A stretch of 64,000 nucleotides of DNA, from NCBI GenBank assembly GCA_963706025.1, contig CAVPLM010000005.1, positions 864,001 to 928,000 on the forward strand. The letters run 5' to 3'. Below are positions 53,269 to 62,799 of the stretch, piece by piece. The notes under the pieces were generated by a model. It ran no database searches. It was given only the letters and a program-made list of their open reading frames with translations, and was not told the DNA's origin. The position numbers and the translations under genes are program-made. How positions within the stretch are numbered: position 1 is the first letter of the stretch; the number at the start of each line of letters is the position of its first letter. The DNA is from an uncultured Actinomycetes bacterium (GTDB lineage Bacteria > Actinomycetota > Thermoleophilia > RBG-16-64-13).

Positions 53269-53294
53269 TGACGCGCACGATAGCGCATGAGCGG

Positions 53295-53923
53295 GCAGAT
53301 GGGCGACCGCTCCCTGGGCCACATCGAGAAGGAACGCCGCCGCATGGGGGTGCGCATGAGCGACGAGCTTCCCGCCCTGGGAGACGAGGTGCCGGTCGTG
53401 GTAGCCGGCGTCTACGAGCGGGCCCAGAACCCCTGGATGCGTTCGGGCAAAAAGGACGATGTTCCTGACCCTGGAGGACGCCTACGGCCTCTACGAGTGC
53501 GTGTGCTTTGAAAGCAAGCTGCCCCAGATCGCCCCGGTGGTGGCCCGAGCGAGCTACTTCCTGGTCCGCGGCCGCCTGCAGAACAACCACAAGCGGGGAC
53601 TGGCCATCGTAGCCGAAGAGGTGCTCGACCTGGAGGAGGTACTGGCGAGAAGACGGGCGAAACAGACACCGACGGTGACGGCCACCGCGGCCACAACTGC
53701 GGCGCGCGGCGACGGCCGATCGAGAGCCGGATACGCGGAAGCCGGACGAGCGGGGCGGGTCGCGCTGAACAAGAAGAGCCCCGGCCGGAAGATGCCGCCG
53801 ATCCCTGAGGCCGTCGACCTGCGTGGACGCCGGGAAGAGGAGACCTACGGGGAAAGCTCGGCCTCAGCCAAGAAGCGGCCGCCGGGGGCGGGAACGACCG
53901 CTATTCCGAAGAAGGTGGGATGA
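53295..53923 (+). pseudogene. displaced dnaE2 3'-end fragment (copy 3: OB fold + tail, with an internal deletion)
   Basis: QMGDRSL..IE.ERR joined directly to RM.VRMS.ELPALGDE...FLTLEDAYG...GAGTTAIPKKVG*. Confidence 0.9.
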
Positions 53924-54108
53924 GACAGGAAACAATCACAATAACTGAGACCTTCGATCAGCCCCGAAACACATACTGCTGGTGCCACTCCAGGAACTCA
54001 CCCTTCGGCCGCCGCCTGGCCGGCGACGACTACCCGGACAGTGTATCGGGTACCTCCATTCGCGGGATATGCTCGGGATAGCGGCGTCGCACGAAGGGAG
54101 CGTGGTCC

Positions 54109-55023
54109 ATGAGTCCTGAAGACACTTCCCAGGTCTTTATGATCGGCTCCTCGGACAGAGACGCGGCCGTCAGGAGCCTGTTTGAGAAAGCAGGCTTGGG
54201 CGATCTTTCCGGCAAGAGTGTGGCCCTCAAGGCCAACTTCAACAGCGCCGATCTCTTTCCGGCCTCCACCCACCCGGACACTCTCCGGGCCATAGTCACG
54301 CTGCTCAGGGAGGCCGGAGCGCGTGAGATCACCCTAGCCGAAAGAAGCGGCATGGGAGATACGCGCGAAGTCTTGGAGAGACTGGGGATCTTCGCCCTCT
54401 CTGAGCAGTTGGGCTTCAAGGTCGTCGTCCTGAACGACGAGCCCGCGGAGAGGTGGGCTCACATCGAGCGCGGCGGCACCCATTGGCTCCGGGGCTTCTA
54501 CCTGGCAAAGGTGGTCCTCCAGTCGGACATCGTGATCCAGACGTGCTGCCTCAAGACGCACAGGTTCGGGGGGCATTTCACGATGTCGCTGAAGAACTCG
54601 GTCGGCCTGGTGGCCAAGAAGGTCCCTGGAGGTCACTACGACTACATGTACGAGCTGCACGGCTCTCCATTCCAGCGGCTCATGATCGCTGAGGTCAACA
54701 AGTTCTACGCGGTGGATTTCGTGGTCATGGACGCGGCGAAGGCGTTCGTCAGCGGGGGGCCGGACAAAGGAGCAGGGGTTGAGCCGGGCCTGATGCTGGC
54801 CGGCAAGGACAGAGTGGCCCTCGATGCCGCGGGAGTGGCGATCCTCAGAGAGTTCGGGGCCTCGAGTTTGATGAAGAAGCCCGTCTTCGAGCTGGACCAG
54901 ATACGCAGGGCGGCAGAGCTGGGAGTGGGAACCGGGTCCGCATCGGCCATGGAGCTGGTGCCGCTGGACGAACAGAGTCGGGGAGCGGCCGACAGAATCC
55001 GAGCCATCCTCACGACGGAGTAG
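54109..55023 (+). CDS. DUF362 domain protein
   Basis: VALKANFN, THP, CLKTH, TMSLKN..G, DRVALD. Confidence 0.88.
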   Translation: MSPEDTSQVFMIGSSDRDAAVRSLFEKAGLGDLSGKSVALKANFNSADLFPASTHPDTLRAIVTLLREAGAREITLAERSGMGDTREVLERLGIFALSEQLGFKVVVLNDEPAERWAHIERGGTHWLRGFYLAKVVLQSDIVIQTCCLKTHRFGGHFTMSLKNSVGLVAKKVPGGHYDYMYELHGSPFQRLMIAEVNKFYAVDFVVMDAAKAFVSGGPDKGAGVEPGLMLAGKDRVALDAAGVAILREFGASSLMKKPVFELDQIRRAAELGVGTGSASAMELVPLDEQSRGAADRIRAILTTE

Positions 55024-55039
55024 CCGAACGTCGTCTGCT

Positions 55040-55231
55040 TCACACGATGCTCAGTTCACCGGCCTTGTGGACACAGGGGATCTGCCCGCAGGCCAGCTCT
55101 TTGTAGAGGTCGAGAAGGTTGGCGCCCAGCTCATCCAGGGTCTCGCCCTGGGTCCCGTAGTCCATATATTCCTCGAGCCGGCCGACGAGCATCCCATCTT
55201 CTTCGCAGTAGATGAAGCGCCTGGTCTCCAT
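55040..55231 (-). CDS. short HicB-like antitoxin (no adjacent toxin)
   Basis: DG..G.LEEY.DY.TQGETLDEL..NL.DLY. Confidence 0.7.
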   Translation of the reverse strand: METRRFIYCEEDGMLVGRLEEYMDYGTQGETLDELGANLLDLYKELACGQIPCVHKAGELSIV

Positions 55232-55514
55232 GACCGTCCTGTAGCCCGAGCGCCCAGCCGGCATCACGATGACCTCGCGCGTCCTCGTCCGGCCGAGAGA
55301 TCCGTGCAGGTACTACGCCGGCCGACGCCCGAACAGTTATCTGCCTCTGGGTGGATCTTGTGGGAGACGCCCTCGGCTGTCCGTGCCAATCTCAGACCAA
55401 AGACCTACTGCCGCTCGTGGGACCAAGGCGTAGGCTTCGTGGTCCACTGCACGAGACGCCCCCTGCTCGGCAGTTAGGTAGTATTCTCTAGACCTGATGT
55501 TCGAGGAGGCAGGT

Positions 55515-55727
55515 GTGTCGGTGGTCTTCAGGATCGAGCTCGAGCAGGAGACCGATGGGCGCTGGATCGCTGAGGTGGTCGAGCTCCCCGGGGTCTTGGC
55601 CTACGGCGCGACACAGGACGAAGCCATCGCGCACGTGCAGGCATTAGCCCTGCGTGTCGTCGCCGATCGTCTCGAGAACGATGAGGCCGGCAGCGAGCTT
55701 CTGAACATCTCATTCCTCGCTGCGTGA
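55515..55727 (+). CDS. HicB family antitoxin
   Basis: EQE.DGRWIAEV.ELPGVLAYG.T..EA; RBS GAGGAGG. Confidence 0.88.
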   Translation: MSVVFRIELEQETDGRWIAEVVELPGVLAYGATQDEAIAHVQALALRVVADRLENDEAGSELLNISFLAA

Positions 55728-55936
55728 CCGACTGGCCGAGCACTCAGGCCAAGACCGTTCTGGCCGCCCTTCTCCGCATCGGCTGGGAGGTCGAACGTCA
55801 GTCGGGTTCCCACCGGGTCCTTGCGAGACCAGGCTGGCCGCACTTGGTGTTCGCCTTCCACGACCGTGACGAGATCGGACCACGCATGCTCGCCCGCATC
55901 GCAAAGCACAGCGGATTGCGCCCGCAGGACCTGTGA
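55724..55936 (+). CDS. HicA family toxin
   Basis: LLRIGW..RQSGSH, AFHD..EIGP.ML.RI; GTGA overlap with hicB. Confidence 0.88.
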   Translation: MTDWPSTQAKTVLAALLRIGWEVERQSGSHRVLARPGWPHLVFAFHDRDEIGPRMLARIAKHSGLRPQDL

Positions 55937-55947
55937 ACGAGAGCAGG

Positions 55948-56421
55948 CTAGCCGGCTTTGGTCCCTCCCCCGCCGCCGTATTTCCGCATCTGCTCGCAGA
56001 CATAGCTCTCGGGGATGGGCTCCCCCACCATAGCCAGGAACATTGGAGCGGAAGTCGTTCCCAGGAACCGGAAACGTCGGGTCATGTCCGCAGTCTTGGC
56101 CTCGAAGTCGCCGAGCGAGCTCAGGTATCCGCCGAACCCGCCCGCGGTCTTGTCCAGTTCCAGCAGCATGGCGGCGTTGTCGGCGATGGCCTCGATCTTC
56201 TTGCGGTTCCTGATCACCCGAGGGTCGGCCGCAAGCCGGTCGATGTCGTCGGGAGTGAGCCGCGCGACCTTCTCGACATCGAAACCGCCGAAGGCCTCCT
56301 TGATCCCCGGCCATTTCGCGTCTACGACCTTCCAGTTGATCCCCGAGGTGAATATCACCTTGCTCATGCTCTCGAGGTAGCCGGCCAAGGACTGCGGCTT
56401 GTCGCCACGCGGATCGTGCAT
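55948..56421 (-). CDS. DNA-3-methyladenine glycosylase I (Tag)-like protein
   Basis: F.SG.NW.VV..KW....AF..FD, D.RVIRNR.KI.A..NA, FRFLG. Confidence 0.8.
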   Translation of the reverse strand: MHDPRGDKPQSLAGYLESMSKVIFTSGINWKVVDAKWPGIKEAFGGFDVEKVARLTPDDIDRLAADPRVIRNRKKIEAIADNAAMLLELDKTAGGFGGYLSSLGDFEAKTADMTRRFRFLGTTSAPMFLAMVGEPIPESYVCEQMRKYGGGGGTKAG

Positions 56422-56767
56422 CCCGTCTTCCTTTCCCACGTATGCCTTGCCGAGTGATGTACCCCGGGGCAGCCCAAACCACGCGCCCGGCGCCCGGCGC
56501 CGGTAACTGAGGCCTAGGGCAAATGCGTCGTGCGGGTTACGGCAAGGCCCAGTACAACCAAAGCCGGACGGAAGGGAGAATGATGTGCCGCACTGCCGGT
56601 GTCAGAGTCACCCCCGCGGCAGTTCACCGCGAGGCCCCAGATCGCAAGATCTCGCTCGGGCAAACCGGCGATCGCACACCCCGTGCCGCTAGGGTAGCCG
56701 ACTGCCCAACTCGAGGCTACAATCGGCCTGTACGACTCCACCGAGAAGCCGGAGAGGAGCCACCCGG

Positions 56768-57085
56768 ATGCCCGTCAACCTCTCTATCAAGAACGTGCCC
56801 GACGAGGTCGCCCGCGGACTCCGCAACCGCGCGGCCTTGAATCAACGCTCGCTTCAGGAGGAACTGCTGGAGATACTGAAGCAGGCGGCCAAAGACCAGG
56901 GTCCGGTCACGATCGACGACCTGTTGACGACCGCCCAGCGGAAGAAGCAGGCTCTCGACGAGGCGGCCGCCAAGGTTCGCGCGGCCCAGGACGCAGAGCA
57001 CGAGAGAATGGCCCGGCGCTTCGAGGACCTCGTGGCCGAACCCGATGACGCTCACCCGGGCGGACGATCCGGCGGGGAGATCTAG
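56768..57085 (+). CDS. Arc/FitA-like ribbon-helix-helix protein
   Basis: NLSIKNVPDEV...LR.RA..N.RSLQ.EL..IL. Confidence 0.85.
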   Translation: MPVNLSIKNVPDEVARGLRNRAALNQRSLQEELLEILKQAAKDQGPVTIDDLLTTAQRKKQALDEAAAKVRAAQDAEHERMARRFEDLVAEPDDAHPGGRSGGEI

Positions 57086-57152
57086 TCGCCCGGCGGCTCC
57101 TCGGCCAAGACGATCGGTGGCCGACTCTCGCTCCGCGGAGTCTTGCGGTCGC
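57016..57152 (+). repeat. 137-bp direct repeat, copy 1 (partner at 59740-59876)
   Basis: Aligned by eye with 4 mismatches. Confidence 0.93.
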
Positions 57153-57287
57153 CGGCTAATTCGCGGGCGATGGCCTCGCGCACCAGTGCGGCCACGCTGA
57201 CTACATCGTATCGCCGGCGTTCGACGAACTCGCATGAATAGTACAATCAGCGCTGTTAACCAGGAGTCTCCGGGAAGGAGCGGTCAA

Positions 57288-57596
57288 ATGGCCAAAGAGA
57301 TCATCCTCTACAACCTCGCGCCGGGCGTGACCGACGAGCAGTTCAAGGAATACGTGGACACCGAGAAGGGCCCCTACATCGACGGTCTTCCTTCGGTGAA
57401 GAGATATGAGCTGGTCAGGATCGACAGCAGTCGTTCGGGCGTGGTGCCCTTCAGGTACTGCGGGATCGTGCACCTCAACAGCCTGGAAGACTTCCTGAAC
57501 ATCGACACCAAGACCGAGGAATACAAGGCCTTCTCCGCCAAGATGGCGAGCATGACCTCGGAGATCCACGTGACTTTCGGGGAGGAGATCCACTAG
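57288..57596 (+). CDS. dimeric alpha-beta barrel (EthD/REDY-like) protein
   Basis: RBS AAGGAG; YNL.PGV...F.EY, LPSVK.Y pattern. Confidence 0.65.
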   Translation: MAKEIILYNLAPGVTDEQFKEYVDTEKGPYIDGLPSVKRYELVRIDSSRSGVVPFRYCGIVHLNSLEDFLNIDTKTEEYKAFSAKMASMTSEIHVTFGEEIH

Positions 57597-57752
57597 AAAG
57601 GGTGACCGCCGAGGCCTCGCCGCGCTTCTACGTATCGGCCGGAAGGTAGATGCCCTACCCGCCGCAGATGGTCTTCGCATGCTGCAAAGGGACCGCCTGC
57701 CTCGGCCTCGAGGCAGGCGGTCCCACGAAAGAGGCGTCGCCGATCTGGTTCC

Positions 57753-59039
57753 CTACTTCGCCAGCCGCACCAGCATGGCCTTGGCGAAGGCTGCGTGACC
57801 GCGCCCGATCCACTTGACCACGTGCATGAAGGCGATCAGCACGAGCACTCCCACGATCACTGCGAACGGTATCCCCCACAGCGGGAACCACCACTCGTAG
57901 GTGACGCCTTCCCAGACGAAGGTCTGATCCCCAAGCCACCCGGTCCACGCCCACAGCGGAGTCGTGATCAGGCTGAGCCCCACGGCGATCCCGGTCACCG
58001 CAATGGAGAAGTAGATGATGCCCAGGGGCAGCATCAGGACCATGTAGGCCATGGAGAGCCAGGTACGGCCGTCCTTCACCCAGAACCAGATCCGCTCGAA
58101 GAAGCCGGCGTTGGGAGGTTCGGCCCGCGGCCTGCGCGGCATCCGCGTCCCCAGGAACAGCTCCACGACCCGTCCTTCGAACAGCGCCATCCCGCGTACG
58201 ATCCCCAGCACCAGCAGGAACAACGGCACGCCGATAATGAGGATCAGCAGACCCCCGGCGGTCGAGACCCCGGTGACCACGATGGTGAAGTAGGCGATGC
58301 CCGTACCCAGCGCGATGATCATGTAGACGAGCGCCTTGTAGACCGCCGGGTCGATGAAGACGCCGAAGATCTGCCGCCAGACGCTGGGCGGCCTCTCTGC
58401 CCCGGCCGCGGCGGTGGCCCCGGCCGCGGCCAGGCCGGCCTGGACGCCGGTCGGGAGGGGCGCGACAGGAGCGACGGGGGCGGGAGGCGCCACAGGAGCG
58501 GCTGGCGCGACCGGGGGCGCCGGTGCGACCGGCGGCGCCTGGGCCGGGCCGGCAGCCGCGGGGGCCGCCATCTCGGCGGCCTCGCCCGAGATCGGCACCG
58601 CTTCCACGGCGGGTGCCTCGTCCTGGACCACCGTCACCTCGGCCTGAGCCACAGTCTGAGCCTCAGCGTCGGTGGGGGCCGCAGTCGGACCCGCTGCCGC
58701 GACCGCAGCCGCTGCCGCGACCGCAGCCGCCGCCTCAACCACAGACGGTTCCGCGCTCACGGGCGCCGCGAGAACCTCAGCCCCGACGTCGACCGCAGCG
58801 GGCTCGGCGCCCAACGCAGCCGGCGCCCCGCTCACCGGCATCCCCAGGTACGCCGCCGCCACTTCCTCCGGGGTCCCGTAACCCTCGGCGACGGTCGCGA
58901 ACCGGCCTCCCGCGGCCATCTCCGCCTGCAGGTACTCCTCGGCATCGAACAGAGCGTCCTGCACCAGCGCCGGATCCGCACCCGCGGAACGCAGCGCCGC
59001 CTGCAGTTCCCTCAGATAGCTGTCTATGTCATGAGCCAC
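57753..59039 (-). CDS. membrane sensor-domain protein (HAAS-like N-terminus, Ala/Pro linker)
   Basis: IDSYL.EL...L, YGTPEEVA; FFERI....KD.RTW...YM.LMLPLGI.YF. Confidence 0.8.
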   Translation of the reverse strand: MAHDIDSYLRELQAALRSAGADPALVQDALFDAEEYLQAEMAAGGRFATVAEGYGTPEEVAAAYLGMPVSGAPAALGAEPAAVDVGAEVLAAPVSAEPSVVEAAAAVAAAAAVAAAGPTAAPTDAEAQTVAQAEVTVVQDEAPAVEAVPISGEAAEMAAPAAAGPAQAPPVAPAPPVAPAAPVAPPAPVAPVAPLPTGVQAGLAAAGATAAAGAERPPSVWRQIFGVFIDPAVYKALVYMIIALGTGIAYFTIVVTGVSTAGGLLILIIGVPLFLLVLGIVRGMALFEGRVVELFLGTRMPRRPRAEPPNAGFFERIWFWVKDGRTWLSMAYMVLMLPLGIIYFSIAVTGIAVGLSLITTPLWAWTGWLGDQTFVWEGVTYEWWFPLWGIPFAVIVGVLVLIAFMHVVKWIGRGHAAFAKAMLVRLAK

Positions 59040-59436
59040 GATGTCCCTCCAGAACGGCATCCACGAATTCACGAGTCCGGATCCACGATTCCTGCCACAG
59101 GCCGACCGCCTGCCGGCCTTCCTCGGTGATCTGGTAGTAGCGGCGAGGCGGACCCGTCACCGAAGGCTCCACCTCGCTCGTAAGCAGCCCCCCGGCCTCG
59201 AGCGACCGCAGCACCGGATAGAGCGTTCCCTGTTTGACCGGCAATCCCCCGCCGAAATCTCCGAGCTCCTTGGCGATCTGGTAGCCGTACAGCGGCTTGT
59301 CCGCGTGAGCGAGGAGCGCCAGGAGAGCGAGCGACACGATGCCCGAGCTCAGCTCCTTCTGGAACTTGCGCACGCTGGCCGACACGACCTCCGGCGTATC
59401 CTCATCGAACTCTTGTGTTGCTGGTGTATCTGTCAT
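59029..59436 (-). CDS. PadR family transcriptional regulator
   Basis: YGYQI, GTLYPVL.SLE..GLL, PPRRYY.IT..G. Confidence 0.93.
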   Translation of the reverse strand: MTDTPATQEFDEDTPEVVSASVRKFQKELSSGIVSLALLALLAHADKPLYGYQIAKELGDFGGGLPVKQGTLYPVLRSLEAGGLLTSEVEPSVTGPPRRYYQITEEGRQAVGLWQESWIRTREFVDAVLEGHRGS

Positions 59437-59739
59437 TCAGTCCCGCCTCCGATCGTTCCGGACCGGTTGGCTGCCGGCAGGCCGGCGAGCCCTTGCTGTC
59501 GTTGACGAGCCCTTGAAACCCTGCCCTCTGGCACGGGCCGTTGCTTGTCATGACCCCACTATACTACTAAGTTCATAATAGTCAAGAGCTCGGAGTAGCG
59601 GAGATGGACGGACTGGTGAGGGAACGGCGAGAGGGTGGTTGCAGCAGAGGGGCGAGGAGGGGACGGAGCCCTTCTCTACGGACATCGGTCGGTCTCAGGA
59701 GGGAACCGACTACCAGGCGGACGACAGCTATTCGGAGAA

Positions 59740-59876
59740 GCGCTCCGAGGATCTCGTGGCCGAACCCGATAACGCTCACCCGGGCGGACGATCCGGCGGG
59801 GAGATCTAGTCGCCCGGCGGCTCCTCGGCCAAGACGATCGGTGGCCGACTCTCGCTCCGTGGAGTCTTGCGGTCGC
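59740..59876 (+). repeat. 137-bp direct repeat, copy 2
   Basis: Matches 57016-57152. Confidence 0.93.
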
Positions 59877-60777
59877 GTGCCATCTGCCAGATGGCCAGAC
59901 TGGCGAGCCCGGCGATGATGAGAACCATGCCGATCAGCTCATAGCGGTCGGGGCGTTCTCCCAGTTGGATCCAAGAGGCGACTACCCCGACCACCGGGGC
60001 GATCAGGCGCCCGAGTCCGGCGGTCCCCGCGGGAAGCTGCCGGAGGGTGTAGAACCACAGCAGTAGCGCCACCGCACACACAAGGACGACGTTGTACAGC
60101 AGCGCGGCCACAAAAGTGCCGGTCCACACCGGACCGGACTCCGCGGTCAGAAGCGCGATGACCACCAGCGGAATGGAGCCGAACAGCATCTGCCAGGCGT
60201 TCAGCCCGAGAAGATCCACCTTTCGGTCCCGGCAGAGGATCTTGGCGGCCACCGAGCTCGCGGCCGAGCAGACGCCGGCGGCGACACCGAGGATGTTGCT
60301 CATGGGGGTGCCTCCCGCGCTCCAGGGCGATAGGACGAAGACGAGACCGGTCAAGGCGAGCGCGACGGACAACCACTGTAGCCCCCGGACCCGTTCCCCC
60401 AGGATCACCCAGGACATGAGAAGAAGCCACATCGGCATGGTGTAGACAAGCACGGAGGTCTTGCCCGCCCCTCCGCTCTCGAGAGCCCACAGCGCCAACC
60501 CGATCGAACCCGTCATACCGAACAGACCCACGACGAGGGTGAGGGCCGAATTCGTGGGGCGCATCGACCGCCGAAGGACGGCCAGAAGGAGAAAGAGGAG
60601 TACCGCCCCGAAGAAGACGCGCATGGCGGCGAAAACGGCGGCGTCCGCGTAGCGTAGGGCCGTCTTCATGACCACCCAGTTGTAGCCGTAGATCAGGCCC
60701 GCGACTGCCAAGGCCCCCCAGGCCAGAGCGGAGGCTCGTCCGGGGGAAGGTACGGCGGGTTGCATCGAGGAGCGCAT
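59806..60777 (-). CDS. EamA/DMT family transporter (start uncertain)
   Basis: G.NWVVMK, AMR, YTMP, LGER twice; about 10 TM. Confidence 0.88.
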   Translation of the reverse strand: MRSSMQPAVPSPGRASALAWGALAVAGLIYGYNWVVMKTALRYADAAVFAAMRVFFGAVLLFLLLAVLRRSMRPTNSALTLVVGLFGMTGSIGLALWALESGGAGKTSVLVYTMPMWLLLMSWVILGERVRGLQWLSVALALTGLVFVLSPWSAGGTPMSNILGVAAGVCSAASSVAAKILCRDRKVDLLGLNAWQMLFGSIPLVVIALLTAESGPVWTGTFVAALLYNVVLVCAVALLLWFYTLRQLPAGTAGLGRLIAPVVGVVASWIQLGERPDRYELIGMVLIIAGLASLAIWQMARDRKTPRSESRPPIVLAEEPPGD

Positions 60778-60874
60778 CACGCTGGAGCGCTGACCTCGCC
60801 GGCGCTCCTGCCAACGTCCACCCCACACCAACTACCGATCAACTATCGACCCCCCTCGCATGTGATAGACAGCT

Positions 60875-62087
60875 TCATCCTTCAGCATTGTAGGGGTCGC
60901 TCTCACCGATCGAGCGGTATGTAGCCTTGCGCAGAGCATCGGCTCGAGGGTCGTCCAGGTGCGTGCCCATCTGATTGGGCACGTAGCCGAAGCCGATCTG
61001 GTGGTGCGGGTCCGCGTAGCCGAAGGACCCTCCTGATCCAGGGGCGCCGTAGGAGCTAGGGTGTCCGAAGGCGTAGCCCGGACCCGGCTTGGAGAGACCG
61101 AGCGAAGTAGCGGGCCTCGACCTTCAGGCACTCATCCCGTGATCTGAGTGTAGGCAGCACCGCAGGCGCCGCGAGCTCCCGGAGCGTCTCTTCGCGGAGA
61201 CCGAGCTCTTTGCCGCCGGTCGCGAACTCGCTGTAGACGCGGGCCAGGGCAAGGGCGGTGCCGACGCCTCCTCCGGCGGGCACTTCGAGGTTCCGGGCGT
61301 AGACCCGCCCTCGTGCCTCTGTTTCCGGCAACTCCGATCCCAACAAAGCCCGCCGGAGATTCGAACGCGAGTTCATCCCCGCGAGCGCAAGAGAGGGTGG
61401 CATTGTGAACAGCGACAGCATCATGCGTGCGGCCCGCGGCCTGTGCATCGGTGCCAGCCTGCTGTCCGGGATCTCTTCAGGCAGCCGGATGTAGAAATCG
61501 AGTCCCAGCGGAGTAGCTATCTCATCCTGGAAGTACCGCCCTATGCTCCGGTGCTCGGGATCGGCTCGGCGCAGGAGCTCGCTCTCGTAGAATCCGATGG
61601 TGACGGCGTGGTAGCCCTGGCACATCCCCGGCTTCCAGGCCGGCTTCTGGCGGGCAAGCACGGCCGCCAACCGGTCGAGATCAGTCAGCAGGGCAGCGTC
61701 CAATGGCTCGTCCAAGACGAACAATCCGGCCTGATGTGACAGGAGCTGCCGGACCGTGATCCCCCCCTTGCCCTGTTGGGCGAACTCGGGCCAATACGTG
61801 CTCACCCGCTCGTCGTAGTCGAACAGCCCGCGCGAATGGGCAAGCGCCATCGCCAGAGCGGCCATGCCCTTGGTCGCCGAGAAAACGATGACCATGGTGT
61901 CTTCTTCCCAGGGTTCGCCGATCGCCTTGTCCCGGACGCCACCCCATAGATCGACGACTTTTTCCCCATGGTGATAGATACAACAGGCGGCTCCAAGCTC
62001 GTTGCGACGTTCGAAGTTGTCGGCGAAGGCTCGGTGCACCGCTTCGAAGCCTGGCTTGGTAAAACCCGATATGGCTTGAGTTGCCAT
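60875..62087 (-). CDS. serine hydrolase (beta-lactamase/EstA family); frameshift near 61100
   Basis: FSATK, LLSHQAGL, GYH, YADP...GFGYVPN in the shifted frame. Confidence 0.88.
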
Positions 62088-62362
62088 TTCTAGGCCTCCG
62101 TGGTTCGAAGTATGTCGCGCGTGAACTGCTTGGTCTTTTCGACCCCCGTCTCGACCAACGGACCTCTATTGCACTACTGCCGTAGATGAAAGCCCTCCCT
62201 GCATATCACCCTGCCCCTGTGCAGCACAAGAGGGAGAATTCGGAATTCCGCGGTAGAGGGGCTCAGACTCCTCGCCGGCGGTGTCTCGCCACCCGGTCCA
62301 AACAGCACCAGATCTTGACCGGGGGAGTCCTGAACGCGAATGAGGTGCAGCGTGTCGGGGGC

Positions 62363-62788
62363 CTAGAGCGCGCCCACCCATTCCAGGGGGTCGACCACCA
62401 GGACTCCCGGGATCGACGCGAAACCGGCATCGACCGTGAGGATCTCTCGCACACCCTGACGGCGCGCGACCGCGGCGTGGAGCAGGTCGCGCGCGGAAGC
62501 CCCAGACCCGCTGGGTATCCGCTCACCGAGACGTCTGGCTTCGTCGACATCGTCGAAGGTCACGGGCAGGATCCGCCGGACCGCGGCGGAGATCGCGTCG
62601 AACGTGGCCCGGATCTCCTTGTGCCGGCCGATGCTCCGGTAGCGATGGAGGACCTCCTGCAGAGTCTCGGCGCTCGTGATGAGCACCGCTCTATCGGCTG
62701 CACCGGCACGGAGGATATGGGCGCAAGGGTCTTTGAACCGACTCTCCGCTCCCATCGCGTATATGAAGATGGTCGTTTCCACGTACAT
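62363..62788 (-). CDS. VapC PIN-domain toxin
   Basis: YVETTIFIYA.G, ETLQE, ARDLLHAA, LT.D.GF. Confidence 0.88.
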   Translation of the reverse strand: MYVETTIFIYAMGAESRFKDPCAHILRAGAADRAVLITSAETLQEVLHRYRSIGRHKEIRATFDAISAAVRRILPVTFDDVDEARRLGERIPSGSGASARDLLHAAVARRQGVREILTVDAGFASIPGVLVVDPLEWVGAL

Positions 62789-62799
62789 GGCGCGTGGGG

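Noticed and set aside
47866-53923. dnaE2 repeats as a DGR template/variable pair or a simple misassembly
   Set aside because: No reverse transcriptase, and differences are not adenine-specific; the copies differ by many substitutions and indels, unlike assembly duplicates
4717-62087. About a dozen frameshifted genes (glsA, abgT, maturase, ybaN, two AI-2E, yihY, fpg, flavin reductase, SLH protein, esterase) as pseudogenes or programmed frameshifts
   Set aside because: They are scattered single-base indels with otherwise intact motifs and no common slippery site, best explained as long-read consensus errors; read polishing would decide
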